The notes: a model not told the origin generated them from the sequence alone. 64,000 nucleotides of DNA from Rhizodiscina lignyota (GCA_010015805.1 ML978126.1:806001-870000); one strand, 5' to 3'; counted from the stretch's first letter, positions 47,238 through 59,547 are shown. Program-made: numbers and translations.

Positions 47238-48118
47238 ATGGGGGATGCAACTCAGACGAACGATCCTCCGAGTAAGGTCTTTATTGAAGGTCACATTTAC
47301 AAGATTACTGATTCTGGAAGGCGCAAGTTCAGGCATTCTGACCCGCGAAGACGCAGAAAAAGTCCATTGGACTCCGGAAACAGGTATGTCCAATTCCCAT
47401 TCATTCCTTGACTAGACCCTAATTCGGAGGCCTAATAGTTCTGTCCACACTCCCGCACAGACCGCAGACGAACTCCACATCCCCAATTCAGTTCTTCCAC
47501 ACACTTGAGCGACTGAAGACCAACAAGAGAGAGGGATGGCGCAGATTCGGAATCGACAGAGGAGAGTCAATTGCGGACCACATGTACCGCATGTCAATCC
47601 TCACCATGCTTGCTCCACCCTCCCTTGCTTCTCGGCTCAACATCGCGCACTGCACGAAGATGGCCCTCATACATGACATGGCAGAGTCACTGGTGGGCGA
47701 CATCACACCTGTTGACGGCGTTGCGAAACCCGAGAAGTCTAGACGAGAAGCGGAGACGATGGATTATCTGTGCAAAGATCTGCTGGGTAACGTCAGTGGA
47801 GGACTAGCAGGAGAAGAGATCAGACGAGTGTGGCAAGAATACGAGGATGGATTGACGCTGGAATCGAAATTCGTCCATGACATTGACAAAATGGAGCTGG
47901 TACTGCAGATGTTGGAGTATGAGCGATCTCACGAGAAACAACCGGATCTGTCAGAGTTCTCGTGGGTAGCGACCAAAATCGAACTGCCAGAGATCAAGGC
48001 ATGGTGCGAAGAGGTCTTGGAGGAGCGCAAGAGGCTGTACAAGTCGTGGGGCAAGGTACCATCAGAGCACTACTCCACTCAACATGAGAAAAACCTGGAT
48101 GAGTACTATGGCAAGTAG
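47238..48118 (+). CDS. HD-domain 5'-deoxynucleotidase (HDDC2/YBR242W-like); 3 exons
   Basis: LERLKTNKREGW, ESIADHMYRM, ALIHDMAESLVGDITP and FVHDIDKME. Two short 5' introns follow ATG 47238. Confidence 0.92.
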
Positions 48119-48534
48119 AATGGCCAAACGGTGAGAATGGATGTCCGTCACGACCTCGATCATGTTTCTATGAGACACGATAATACCCTTTGAAAGGCGG
48201 TAGTTTAGACCGAACCCGTAGTAGATGATACTGTAAATCGATTTTATGCTTTGCACCCAATTCTATCTCATTGTATATTGGTTATTCTAGGGCGACGATG
48301 GCTCATGCGGAGCTTCTGTGTAGTGTTATTAGAAAACATGTGTGGAAAGAGTTGGCCCCGGGAAACCTATAACGATTAAAGCCAAATAGATCTTGCACTT
48401 CAATGCAAACAAGACTATGCCTGAATGCTTACTTCGACGTCATCAGGAGTGTATATGACAAATGGCATACCGTTGAAACATTTCCACGGCCAGTAGTCGC
48501 CAAGTGAGTTGAAGGCATGGGTTGCATGCTTGCG

Positions 48535-48880
48535 GAGATTGGGTTCGATTATACACGGAAGCTATACACCCAGATTGTGACGCTCTTCCTATCCGTATCG
48601 ATAGATCCCTAGACACTGTCTTGTTGCTTGGCGCTGACGACGCCGGTGATGTCAGAAATATCCGAAAATGGCAAGTTGATAGTGGCTACTCCGGTATGGT
48701 AAGTACTGTTATCAGGCTCTTGCTCGGCGCTAAAGAAAGATAGAGGAAGAGAGAAGTAACAAGTTCTAATATAAAGGCCTAGCTTAGCGCGCTAAGAATA
48801 TGCTGAGGGAGATTTCGAAAGAGTCTCCGACGCCAATGGTGAACGAGATTGGGTTCGATTATATACGGAAGCTATACACC
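48535..48880 (+). repeat. 36-bp direct repeat pair, 310 bp apart
   Basis: GAGATTGGGTTCGATTATA(C/T)ACGGAAGCTATACACC at 48535-48570 and 48845-48880, 35/36 identical. Confidence 0.9.
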
Positions 48881-49381
48881 ATAGCCATTCAGTGCCTTAA
48901 AAGTTGCGGCCAACTATTTTGTCACGCTCAATCCAAGCTCTGTTCAGAAAACGCCATTCGTGTCGTGCTAGCCCTCCCGCAGTTTATGGCGCAATGGACG
49001 CCGCTGTGGTCTGCAGTGTAGTCTGTTCTGTAGTATACGCGCACCATTTGATCGTCGGCGGATGAATGGGCCATCGTCTGAATTTGTGCTATCGGAGAGC
49101 GAGGAGGAGGGTGGGCCAGGAAAGGGTTGAATGAATCGACGCTCCGGTGTTGGAAGGTAGAGGTGGCAGCGCCGTCACCAGAGCAACATAACACGCGCTA
49201 CGCGCTAAGCGAATGTAAATTACGTCATGAAGAAATTGATATTGAACGAATTTTACCCACAATAACGCCAAAATCCAAAACCCTGCCGCTTGAATGTCGC
49301 CGTGCCACTTCCAGAACCATCGCCAAGCATAGACGGCATCACGAGCCGAAAGTCTATAATAATGTTCAATCTTGCCCGAGC

Positions 49382-49518
49382 AGAAATGCAATATGAATCG
49401 CCAATGGTATGTCCGTGATAGTCGCAGAGATCAGTTGACTTGCCTGATGAGAAACGCCATGTGAATCGCCAAGAGGGTTTTCCGTGATAGTCGCGGGGAT
49501 GAGTCGGCTAGCCTGTTG
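49382..49518 (+). repeat. Diverged ~68-bp tandem duplication
   Basis: AGAAA..C.AT.TGAATCGCCAA....TCCGTGATAGTCGC.G.GAT.AGT.G.CT.GCCTG.TG occurs twice. Confidence 0.75.
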
Positions 49519-50747
49519 CTCTTCGCTTCCGTGGGCTTACAATGTCCTCCTCCTCGTCATCGCCTTCCCTCGAGTGAAGAGACTTCCTCTTACTCCCTCG
49601 TTTTGGGACATAGATCATGTCTACGCCCTTGTACTTATTGCCAGGCGCGAAGCTCTTGTTGATGGCCTTGAAGGCAGCATAGAAGGCGTTCGGTTCCTCT
49701 GCGAGTTGGCAGCTCTTACGGACGTTCAGATCAGTGCAATATTCCTCCATAGCACGTATATCCAAACGGGCCTGAAGGACGTGCTTGCAGAGAAGGTCAG
49801 CACTTGCAACAAATCGGGTTTTGGTAATCTTTCGAAACTGGCCATCGTCGGCATCGAGCGACGCCCAAACGTCGATGTCGTCGTCCGTGAACGTTTCTAT
49901 CCACTTCCTGACTACGTGGGCGGTGAATCGTGGCTCGGCCGACCAAAAGCCTTTCGGTCCTTCAGGGCTCGGAGTTGGTAGGGTGTACGGCGGGGTGGCA
50001 GTTGGTCGATGGCTTGAACCTCGCGGTTTGTCGGTACGGGTTGAGTACCCCGATCATGGAAGTATTTGACCCAGGCCATTCTGGCCTTTGCCTCTTTTAC
50101 CGCGACTACTCCCGTCGCCGCTGTCACGGCGGTTGCCGCTTCCTCGAGTTTGGCTGCTAGCATGGTGTGATACCTGGTCTCGTGATCCTCGAACAGATTC
50201 ATTATCGCTAACCGCCTTGCCGTACGCTCGGCCGCTCCGGCTGCGGTTTCGCCCGGTGGAACAATAAACAGGACAGCAGCCTCGCGTGCCAGGTTATGAA
50301 GGTGCACTTCGAAGCTCTCCACTTGCAGCCAGCCTGAGACGAACATTGCAAAGAAGCTGTTTGTGACACCAACCCACTTGTGCTGATATTCCTTGGAGTA
50401 ATTCATAAATGTCGTCACATGTGCTTGGAACGTGGAAGACTGGCTCTCGTGTGACTTGTTGGACGCAATTCTGACCATTGCCTTGTCCAGTGTGCCATGG
50501 CGGAGGAAGAACACCTACAAGCGTCAGCACAGGTACACATTGGGACTGATACGACTCTACCTTTGAGTGCTTGCGAAGGGTCTTCCCTTCACGGTACACG
50601 TCCTTCAACGCGATCTCTGCCGCTTCATCACCGTATCCCTCTTCAGGAGCGGGCACCGCGTCGTACAGCGGCTTCGTGTCTGGGTATGTCGGCACAAATG
50701 GAGGTAGTTCTGGCGTTAGTGCTATAGCCCATTGCGTTTTGGATCCA
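49508..50747 (-). pseudogene. Frameshifted gene of unknown family
   Basis: ATG 50747 (MDPK) needs a frame change to reach TQWAIALTPELPPFVPTYP. A GTAGAG..CTGAC..TAG intron links it to ORF 49912-50514. A second frame change leads to FTAHVVRKWIETF...PRKRRATG*. Confidence 0.45.
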
Positions 50748-51297
50748 TAGCTGATAAGAGATATCTTGGTGGTTGAGAAGAGAAGGTGGGGCTGGCAAGG
50801 TATATATACTCTGGTGATTAGGGTTTCGGTAAGTTGCTGCCTGGTAAGCGCCAGAGAAGACTTTGGTAAGTTAAGGTTAGTTGAGTCAAGCGCTTGGAAG
50901 CCATCACTTCACCTGCCGGGCACTGGGCGCACTTAAAGTTTTGTGGCTCGAGTGAAGTGGTATGCAACTCTACGGGCTCACAAGAGATTAACTTGGACAC
51001 GCGCAGGCCCGCGGTAGATATGAGTGAAGCAGTTGCTACTAAAGTCTCGTAATTGCTTCACTCGATTTTTGTAGCAAAGTTGATCGAGTCGGACGTACCG
51101 AGTTACAAGCTTCACTTGTACTTCGATTCGAGAGTCAATGCAGAGCTAGCGAATGTTGATGCAAACCTGCCGCCTTCACTGATCATCACTTGCTCGCCCA
51201 CACTTCACCCACTTAACACCTTCATGCACTGCTTCCGACGACGAGAGTTTCCTTCAACTCTAACTTGTTGCTCAATCCAAGCTCTGTGCCTGAAAGT

Positions 51298-53749
51298 TTA
51301 CCCCACTTTTGAATCGGCGCGTTTTCTCTTCGCTCTTGTCTCTCTCCTTAATGTACTTGCGGAGGCCGTCTCCTGGACTGGCTTGCGCTTCCCCCCGACA
51401 TATCTCGCTCGATCGAGAAACCTCACAGGAACGTCCACCCACTTGTCCCTGACGAAGTCTGCGAAGCCTTTACCAAATGCGTCAAGACGGCTACTACTGC
51501 TCACACCCCTTCCCAAGATGCCGTATATCACAAAATGCACAGCCCAAATTTTCGGGAACTCGACACGCTCGAGATGATATTCCTCTCTCCAGTCATCACC
51601 CATCAGCTCTTTCATCCTCGAAAGTGAAAAGAAGGATCGCAGCCAGTCCCACTCGTCGGCGTGTCGGACGAAGATGCCAAAGTTCAAATTTGGGCCTTTG
51701 TCGCCCGAACGTGCGAGACAGACGTCTCCGATGCGTGCTGGCTGTGTTGGACCGAAGGTCGAAAGCTGGACAGCTTTTGAAGTATCATAACTATCACGGG
51801 CCTCTAGCGCTTCGTAACGTCCTGGATGCCCTACTGCTGTTCGGGTAGCGGTGAGATCGGGTGCAAGCATATGCACACTGCAGTCCAGATTATTCTGATC
51901 ATACAACGCAGGATAGATTGCAAGAAATGGCCGGGGAGCAGCTGCTGCCATGTTTCTTGTGCTGTGAAAACCTTATACGACTTCAGCTATGCTATCCTCC
52001 TATCGAGAGGCGGTGTGACATACCTGAGAAGTGCTGCATGCCATATTCACCCATTGTCTTTGCAAGCTCAAGATTCAACTGTGCATCACTCGTTTCCGCA
52101 AATATGCGCATGTATGTGGTACTTGCATGTTGAGTACGTGGATTCTCCTGCGGCGTGCCGAGAACCTGAAACTCGAGCAAATCGAATTTGTCGAGAAGCC
52201 CTTTGCGTTTAAGGCCGTAGCGGAGCATCTTCTCCCATAATTGCCATTTCTCTTCGGTTGCGTATCCTGTAGCATTGATGACGAGTTCTGATTGGAAACC
52301 GCCTCTGTAGAATATCGCAAGCTTCGTTGTTGGGGGCGGAGGCGCACCGCGTATGCCTGACAGACAAACTCTGCAGCTAATGTTAACGTAACTAATAAGA
52401 TACAGAAAAAAGAAATTATCACCTATTTCTGCCAACTTCTTCTATTTCGACGTCGTCCAGATATGCCTTGACATCACTGTTGAGGTACACGTTGCCTTGC
52501 AATTCATACAGGAATTGCGTCTTAACGGTATCCACCGTGACAATACCCCGGGTATTCTCATGTTTCGTGACCACACAACTACCATCACTATCGATTTCCG
52601 CAATGCCGAATGGCAAATCAATCAGTTGGTCGAGTGGATATTCGTAGAAGCCTGCGAAATTTGAACCAGTCACGTATGCGGAGCACTCAATTAGATGACC
52701 AGCAACCAGAGCTCCAGCAAGTCTATCGTAATCAGTCTCAGACCATGACCACCAATACCAGGCAGCCGCGATGACCTTGGCTTATCAGCAGGTTTAATTA
52801 AAAAATCTTAGTGTCCATACCGGCGAAGCATCTGCCACTCTTCCCGCAATGACGATATCTGCTCCTAGTTCCAACGCTTTCAATATCTCACGAGCGCCAA
52901 GGTACGCATTTGCAGAGATTATTGGCCTTCCCTCCGTGTCCAGCAGCGCGAGCGTATTCTTTACCATTTGTATCTCGCTATTACTGGAGTCCAAATGCGC
53001 GTATATCCCGTCCTTGATCTGGCTCTTAACAACAGAGAGAAGATTGTCGCCCTCGATGTAGGTTATGTTGAGTGAAAGGCCGCGTTCATTGACCTGAGAC
53101 TGTAAGGATCCACCTGTGTCACTGTGGCGATGAATGAGATCAACCACAACTCACGAGCTGCTGTGTCTTCTCTGCAAGACCTTTGGGATTTTGAGCTCCA
53201 CCATTAATAACAACCTTGATTTGCTCTGAAGCAAGGAGGTCGATGGTCTGTTCAATGCCATCCCAAGCCGTTTGCTCATACCCTGGATGTTTGCCGGCAG
53301 CCATTGCTTCTGCATTCTCTGCGATATTGATCTCTGCAAAAATCAACAAAGTCTTCCCGTGGTACTGATGTCGCTGGCTTACCGGCAAGGTAGTCCCCTG
53401 TGATGAAATCGACATCTCCTTGCTCAGCCTGACGACGCATCTGATATCCAGGATCAGCTAGGCTATATTAGCATTCAAACACGCAGTGTACGGAGTATGA
53501 TCTGAGCATAAGAAAATATAATAATTCTGACGCTCGAAAAAGTAAACATCATAATGCTCCGGATCGTGGCCAGATTTTGGGAGTAAATGGGGGCAAGTAT
53601 AGTAGCCGGACATTGTAATCGAGTTCGTCCAGTTTACCTTTGTAACCGGAGCAATTCGCAACCCTAACAGGCCGTTGACCTCTCTGAGACCATCTTGAAC
53701 TCCCGTTCAACCCATTTGACCCGTTCATACCATTAGCGGACATCTTCAT
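51298..53749 (-). CDS. Acyclic terpene utilisation AtuA (DUF1446) family protein; multi-exon
   Basis: RPVRVANCSG, DFITGDYLAE, INGGAQNP, SANAYLGA, GRVADASP, GHLIECSAYVTGSNF, QFLYELQG, ARSGDKG and SSSRLDAFGKG. Confidence 0.9.
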
Positions 53750-54271
53750 GAGCTCCAAATAATAAGCCCAGCTTAGAGCACATACGGAGAGAAGAATATC
53801 AAGTGAAAGAAAGGGAAAAATTGTGAAACTCAATACTTGACCATTCTTCACGAAGCACATTCGGCACAGGTATGCCTGAGCATGAGGGGCTGTATCGGTT
53901 ACAGAGTCCGATCCATGCGTCGCCCTCGGCAGCATTTTCTCGGTGCTAAAGCATGCTTTCATGTCTAATAATGACAATTAGGATATTTGAGGTCTGTGGT
54001 AAGGAATAGAGATACGCATCAGGTTCATTCATAGCCTTGAGCCTGCTATGTCAGAAGTAGAGGTTGAAAGCTCTGAAAGGCACGTGGACGACGCTACGAT
54101 CACGTGACTCAAGTCAGACGGATATCTCCGTCCCGCCGAGTCGAGGCAGACTCGCTTTTCCCCGCAACTTTTCTTCCTTTATCTATTTTCAGCAAAATTT
54201 GACTCACTGCGTTTCTGACTGGCTGGTACGACCACTCCGACAGCTTAAAATTAATAAATAAGCTAACCCCA

Positions 54272-54343
54272 ACTAGTCTGGCGCAATGGTAGCGCGTTCC
54301 CCTCCTAAGGGAAAGGTTCTGGGTTCGAGTCCCAGGATGGTCG
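54272..54343 (+). tRNA. tRNA-Arg(CCT) with a poorly paired acceptor stem (possible pseudo-tRNA)
   Basis: A box TGGCGCAATGGTAGCGC, anticodon arm TTCCC-CT-CCT-AA-GGGAA, T arm CTGGG-TTCGAGT-CCCAG and a downstream T5 run. The 5' strand ACTAGTC pairs poorly with 3' GATGGTC. Confidence 0.8.
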
Positions 54344-57300
54344 ATTTCCTTTTTGCTGGCTCCTTTTACGATATGTATCGTCCCTACCGAGCCATTTCAG
54401 TTTTTTTTTGGACGTTTTGCAGACCCTGCTAACAACTATAAGCTATTATGGCAGTTCAGCGTAGCCAGCTTTGATCTTGAGTGCGAGAAGGTCCTTTTAG
54501 CCAGATCGACCGAGGCTTACCTATCACGTCGCTCGTAGATGGATGGAATCCTTTCCTGACAGAGGCATTCATATCTAGGCTTCGCTTAATAGGACGGTGG
54601 CCAATCTCTGAGACCGACGAAGGCTTGCTGCTTGGCTGGTTGGGATCGCTTGTACGAGGTCGTTCTCCAGCGCAGGACTGCCTAAGACAGTACGGAGATC
54701 ATGAAAAGCTACTTCAGCAACATCAACCTTCACCCCCTCTTCCCTTCGTCCTGTGGTGCTTCATAATTCTAGTAAAATCGACGATACCACCTTCGGTGCA
54801 TAACGATGTGAGCGTGCGCGTAGGCTACATTCACAACACTAACGGAGAGTGTTAGCCAAGTTCTAGCGCCCGTTGATGTTGTATATACTTCACCCCACCA
54901 CGAAGAGATCCCTACCTCAATCAACCGGTGAAGCACTGGTTTCACTCGGTACATCTCCACAATCACCACGCAAGACGCCACTCACTGTGTCAGCAGGGTG
55001 TTCAAAAGGACGACGTGAGGAGATCTACCGGAGTCACGCATGTCGCAAATCGAACCAAGACGCAGGCATAGACATAGCAGATTCGAATTCGTTATCCCGA
55101 TAAACGGATCGTACCTAAACCCCGATGCAACGCCGCATGGTCAGGAAGCCCCCTGTCCATCTCCGCTGAGGAGTGACGGCTTCTGAAAGAATGTATGGTA
55201 CGCATGAGCGAAGCAATTTGATCGAGAAGACTCCGAGCATGATGGCAATCGACATTCACAGCCGGTCACCAAGGAGCCGGAGGGGGGTCTCTTCTCAGCG
55301 TTGGTCATTTTGAGATGAAACGGAGCTAGCAAAAAGGAAATCGGCCATCCATACCAGCGCGTTCAAGTGGTGCCAAATCCCGATTTGTGCTTTGTACTGC
55401 GCGCATTCCTCTTATCTCATACCGAAACCAAATACGCCGTCTGTATTCCGCTCCCCATTTTTGGTTACTAAACATCGCTTTTGTATAATTCACTCGTCAC
55501 CATACTCAGTTGGCGCCAAAGATCACATGTACCCCCTTACTTCGGCAGAATCACCAGAAGAGACTGCAGAGATGTGTCGTCTTCCATTCACACGCACGCT
55601 TGTTTCAAACTTTGGTTTAAGGTCGCAATGGCGGCCAACCCCACTGTGTAGCACTCACTTTCCACTCGAGCCGCAAGATGTTCGAGACTCATATTTTCTC
55701 GCACTCGTCAACGCGTTTGTTCTAAGGTTCGATTTGAGGCTGCAATTGCGACTGCCCACACTGTTTTGCACTTACATCCTACTTCATTCTCAAGTCCAAT
55801 TTGAGTTCGGCCGCCCCATTTGTATGCACCCTAAGGGCGCTTCACTTCACCTCCTTTTTGTTCTTGAGGCAACACCTGACTCCACTACCTCATCTTCTCT
55901 TTCACGAGAGCTGGGAAAGCTTAATCGAGTACGTGAATCAACAGCGTGCCAAGGATCTGCACTCTATATACAACTCCAACACCTCTTCCTCTCATTCTCT
56001 TGTACGACCTCTTCTTCCAACAGCTTCTTCTTCTTCTTTTAATATTTCTCACTTTCCTCTTGCAGCTGTAGAGGACGTCGAGCAGCGCGGCCATCGCTGT
56101 ATGCGATACATCCAATCACATTCACATCTATACCCAAGTCAGTTAGCTATATGGGTGCGTGCACAATAGACCCATTTCACTTATGAGCACGCTACCAGCG
56201 CGACACAAACAAAGACGAAACCGATCTTATCGCCAGCCGACCCAACATCTGCGTGACAAGCCGCCCGGTTCCAGTCCACCAGCACTGTTTGAGTCGGACC
56301 TCTACAACCCGGGGTGCTATATTAAAATCCATCCACATCAGTTCAAACACGAATTGCTAAGTTTGGCGTCACACAGCTTCTGGAAAATCTCACAGTGGAG
56401 GAGTTGGCCGCTCTCATCTTCAAGCCGCTCCAGAATTCTGCTCAGTCGGCACAACGATTCGAGATCGAAGACCTTCTCTTATAGCTCGCCAAGAACTTTG
56501 ATCTGCCATTTGATGCAATTAAGATTTGGACGTGCTTTAACCACTGGACAATTCAAAAGCGGCTGGCTTACGTCCAAGAAGCACTCGAGCGGCCCCGATA
56601 TAATCACGAGACTCTTCCAACCGACGCCAAATACGAGACTGAACTGAAATTCTGCCGTTTGGATAGTCTCTATTATCGGATTCTGCTTAGAGTGAATACC
56701 AGAGCAACTTTCACTCAGTACATCGAGAATTACCCCCAGGCGGAGCAACTACCTCCCCATCTGTCCCACCCACCCTTCATCTCGCATCACGATCAAGAAG
56801 CGGAGCTCTGCCGGCAAGAAGTCGCTACCATCAAACAATAGTGAGATTCCCTGCCAGCGGAAGCCAATTCGATCAAGCGCTTTAACGAATCACTCAAGGC
56901 CGCGGAAAACGCAACATTCCACTCCGCTATAGCCAAGTTATCACAACTTCCAGCTCCAAATTTCAGTTTCAACATGCCATCCTCAGGAGGTGTTGTGATT
57001 GGCAATATCGAGAAGTTCAGACTCTGTCCCAATAAAAGCTCCTGACACACCCGACCCGGAAACACACAAGCTGCCCGTCAATATGGGCAAGGTTGCGGAA
57101 GATTGCAAAATGCCACACTACCTGGTCAAGAATCGACTCCATTTCGACGACAACATCACCACTCAAGACACTGAATAGCTAGAGCGCAGACACTCCAGAG
57201 AGCACGGAACTAAACTTTCAGAAATGCTCGCGCTCGGTTTAAGAAGCAAGATCTACTTACTCTTAGGTGCTACACCTTTGCCTGGCGGCTTGCGTGTATA

Positions 57301-57724
57301 GCATCTACACCAACATAGCTTATACTTTCTTCAACGGTGTTGCTATGATCGTATACACTCTAAAGAAGGTGGAATGCAACTTTCAGACACCGTATCGCTT
57401 ACCATGAAGTGCTAGAGCCGCTTGACTTTGGACGTTACGGCCTGTCGCCCTCGAGACATGTCAAAGGGCACAGTCCCCGTGAAATGTTAACGCTACAACT
57501 ATGTCTTTTACCACGCGGATTGCATTGTCAGCGCTGTCTTCGCCGCTGGGGTCCCACGTTATTATCGCGCAATGGATTCATGAACCGATGCATTCCCACG
57601 TTGTCCAGCAGACTTCATTGATGAAGGCGGGAAAATAAGAACCAGACATTCTCGCGGTCATCACTTGGCTCTCTCCGAGGTACACCATCATTATCGGCGA
57701 TGTCAATCAGACTACCGGATTCGT

Positions 57725-57800
57725 TGTTCTATCCTACGCGCTAGCTGCATAGACCACTAAAAAGGGAACAATGTAAGAGGCGTATATATACGACCCTAAC
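57725..57800. mobile_element. Shorter, degenerate copy of the ~100-bp solo-LTR-like element
   Basis: TGTTCT-ATCCTACGCGCTAGCTGCATAGACCAC...AACAATG-TAAGAGGCGTATATATACGACCCTAAC, colinear with 58917-59017. Confidence 0.6.
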
Positions 57801-58916
57801 CGTCTGCCTGTTCGAGCAGCGAAGATTCCCTTCTACCATCAACGATCCGGTAGCCGCTTTTATGTATGGCGGTCGTCTTGTCGCCCACCCGAAAACGGAG
57901 AAGCGCCCGCAAGTACACGGCTTCTTGGATTGGGTCAAGCGGGAAATGGGAGAAGACGCCTGCTTCGCTGGAGGAGCTCGTGACGGTCCCGTCCCTAGCA
58001 ATATCTTGCTAGTAAATGTAGCGAAAGCTTCCGAGCAGAGTGTCGGAGATGGCGGATACTTCAATACCGGAACCGCTAACAGCGTATACTACATCTACAT
58101 CGGCACGAGGGTGACGGAGTAGTCCTGTAGTCGATCAAGTGGGTGACAAAATAGTTAAGTCGTTGCTGTAATATATAGAACTACGATGATGTATATCCTC
58201 GATGGTTAACATAAGTCATGCACGCTAAAGCTACGTGTTTTAGATAAACGAACTCTGGAATATAGTTCGTCGACCTTTCAGAGATGCTCTCGCTAACGTT
58301 GAAGAGGAAACCTCGCTTCTGCTGAACACGTTCAAACTTCATGGGACTCAACTACTTTAAGACGAAGAGCCCCGCAAGGTCGTTCCTCCAGCTGCTATCA
58401 GTACACCGTACTTTCACCCCATATCGTCGACAGGCCGCGATACACACCAAAGCTATACAGACTCTCGCCAAACACTGTCATCAGTTACATAAGCCGGCGT
58501 ATTCTGTTGTCCACTCCACGGTGGACAGCTTTATCGGAAATGAAGTTGAGATCGGCATCGTAGACATCCCTCGTACTCAGTCCCTGGGATTCAACAAAGT
58601 CAATGCCCGGTTCAATTTGGCAGTAACTAGAGCGCGCAGCGGACTCATCATTATCGGGAACTTCGGAACACTCCAAAGTGTAGCGAATGACTACAAGGGG
58701 ACCTTTGTTGCCAAAATGATCCAGTACCTAAAAGAGAAGAAGCAGCGAGTCTACCATCATGTCGACAAGTACCCGGCTTTGCAAGAAATTGACCCGAATT
58801 TCAGCCCGAGTCGCACCACGCCCCTAAAGAGCAATACAGACGTCCAAGAGACTGATGCACACACTGAGGCCGGTCCAACTGGTCGCGGCTGGGATGCACC
58901 TGCCAATAATGACGGA

Positions 58917-59017
58917 TGTTAGATCCTACGCGCTAGCTACATAGACCACCAAAAATGTAACAATGTCTGAACATCTAATGTTCAGGCGTTAAGAGGCGTA
59001 TATATACGACCCTAACA
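58917..59017. mobile_element. 101-bp solo-LTR-like element
   Basis: Begins TGTTAG and ends CTAACA (inverted termini, TG..CA). Flanked by ACGGA/ACGGC, a 4/5-matching target-site duplication. Contains TATATATA. Confidence 0.7.
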
Positions 59018-59547
59018 ACGGCTGTGGTGTACCTGTAACCTACTCCTTGCGAAATCCCGGTTCCTTCAGTACACGACTCTGACGTACAGAGTGAGCCCGG
59101 TCCTAGCGGCTGCGGTGCACCTGCTCCTGGCGAAGACCCGGCTCTGATGACGGAGAAGTGATCTGGGACCAGTGCGACGAGTTCGACCCATTCGACCCCG
59201 CCAACCAGGAGACCGATCTCATGAGCGAACCACGATCTGAACGCAGCTATCTCACCGCTGGGACACTTGGACCTTCGGTTACAGTGATAGTCCTGATGAG
59301 GTTGTTAAGCACAATACTGGGATCTACGCTCGATGGATGGGAACACCACAACAAGGTTAACCACAACTTTCAAGACACCGAACAGCTAGTGTGTAAACAC
59401 TCCAAAGAACCCAGAACTGGACTTTCAGAGATGCTCTCGCTTAGTTCGAGGAGCAAGATCTGCTCGCCCTTGTGCATTACGATTTCCCGCGAATTCGCTC
59501 GACAGTGATATAACAAATAATACAAGCAAGGCTTTGAAAGCTGCCCA

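Larger units (their letters stand above)
56850..59150 (+). pseudogene. Decayed Upf1-like SF1 helicase (DNA2/NAM7, AAA_11/AAA_12 domains)
   Basis: Motifs in order: FIDEGGK (~57615), IIIGDVNQ (~57690), LFEQRRFPSTINDPVAAFMYGGRL (~57810), YFNTGTANSV (~58058), TPYRRQ, STVDSFIGNE and RFNLAVTRARSGLIIIGN. Frameshifts, stops and insertions throughout; no intact Walker A seen. The 5' boundary is uncertain. Confidence 0.8.

Noticed and set aside
54350..56850. ORFs of 60-216 aa downstream of the tRNA
   Set aside because: None is recognisable. They may be the decayed 5' part of the helicase gene, but this cannot be shown by eye.
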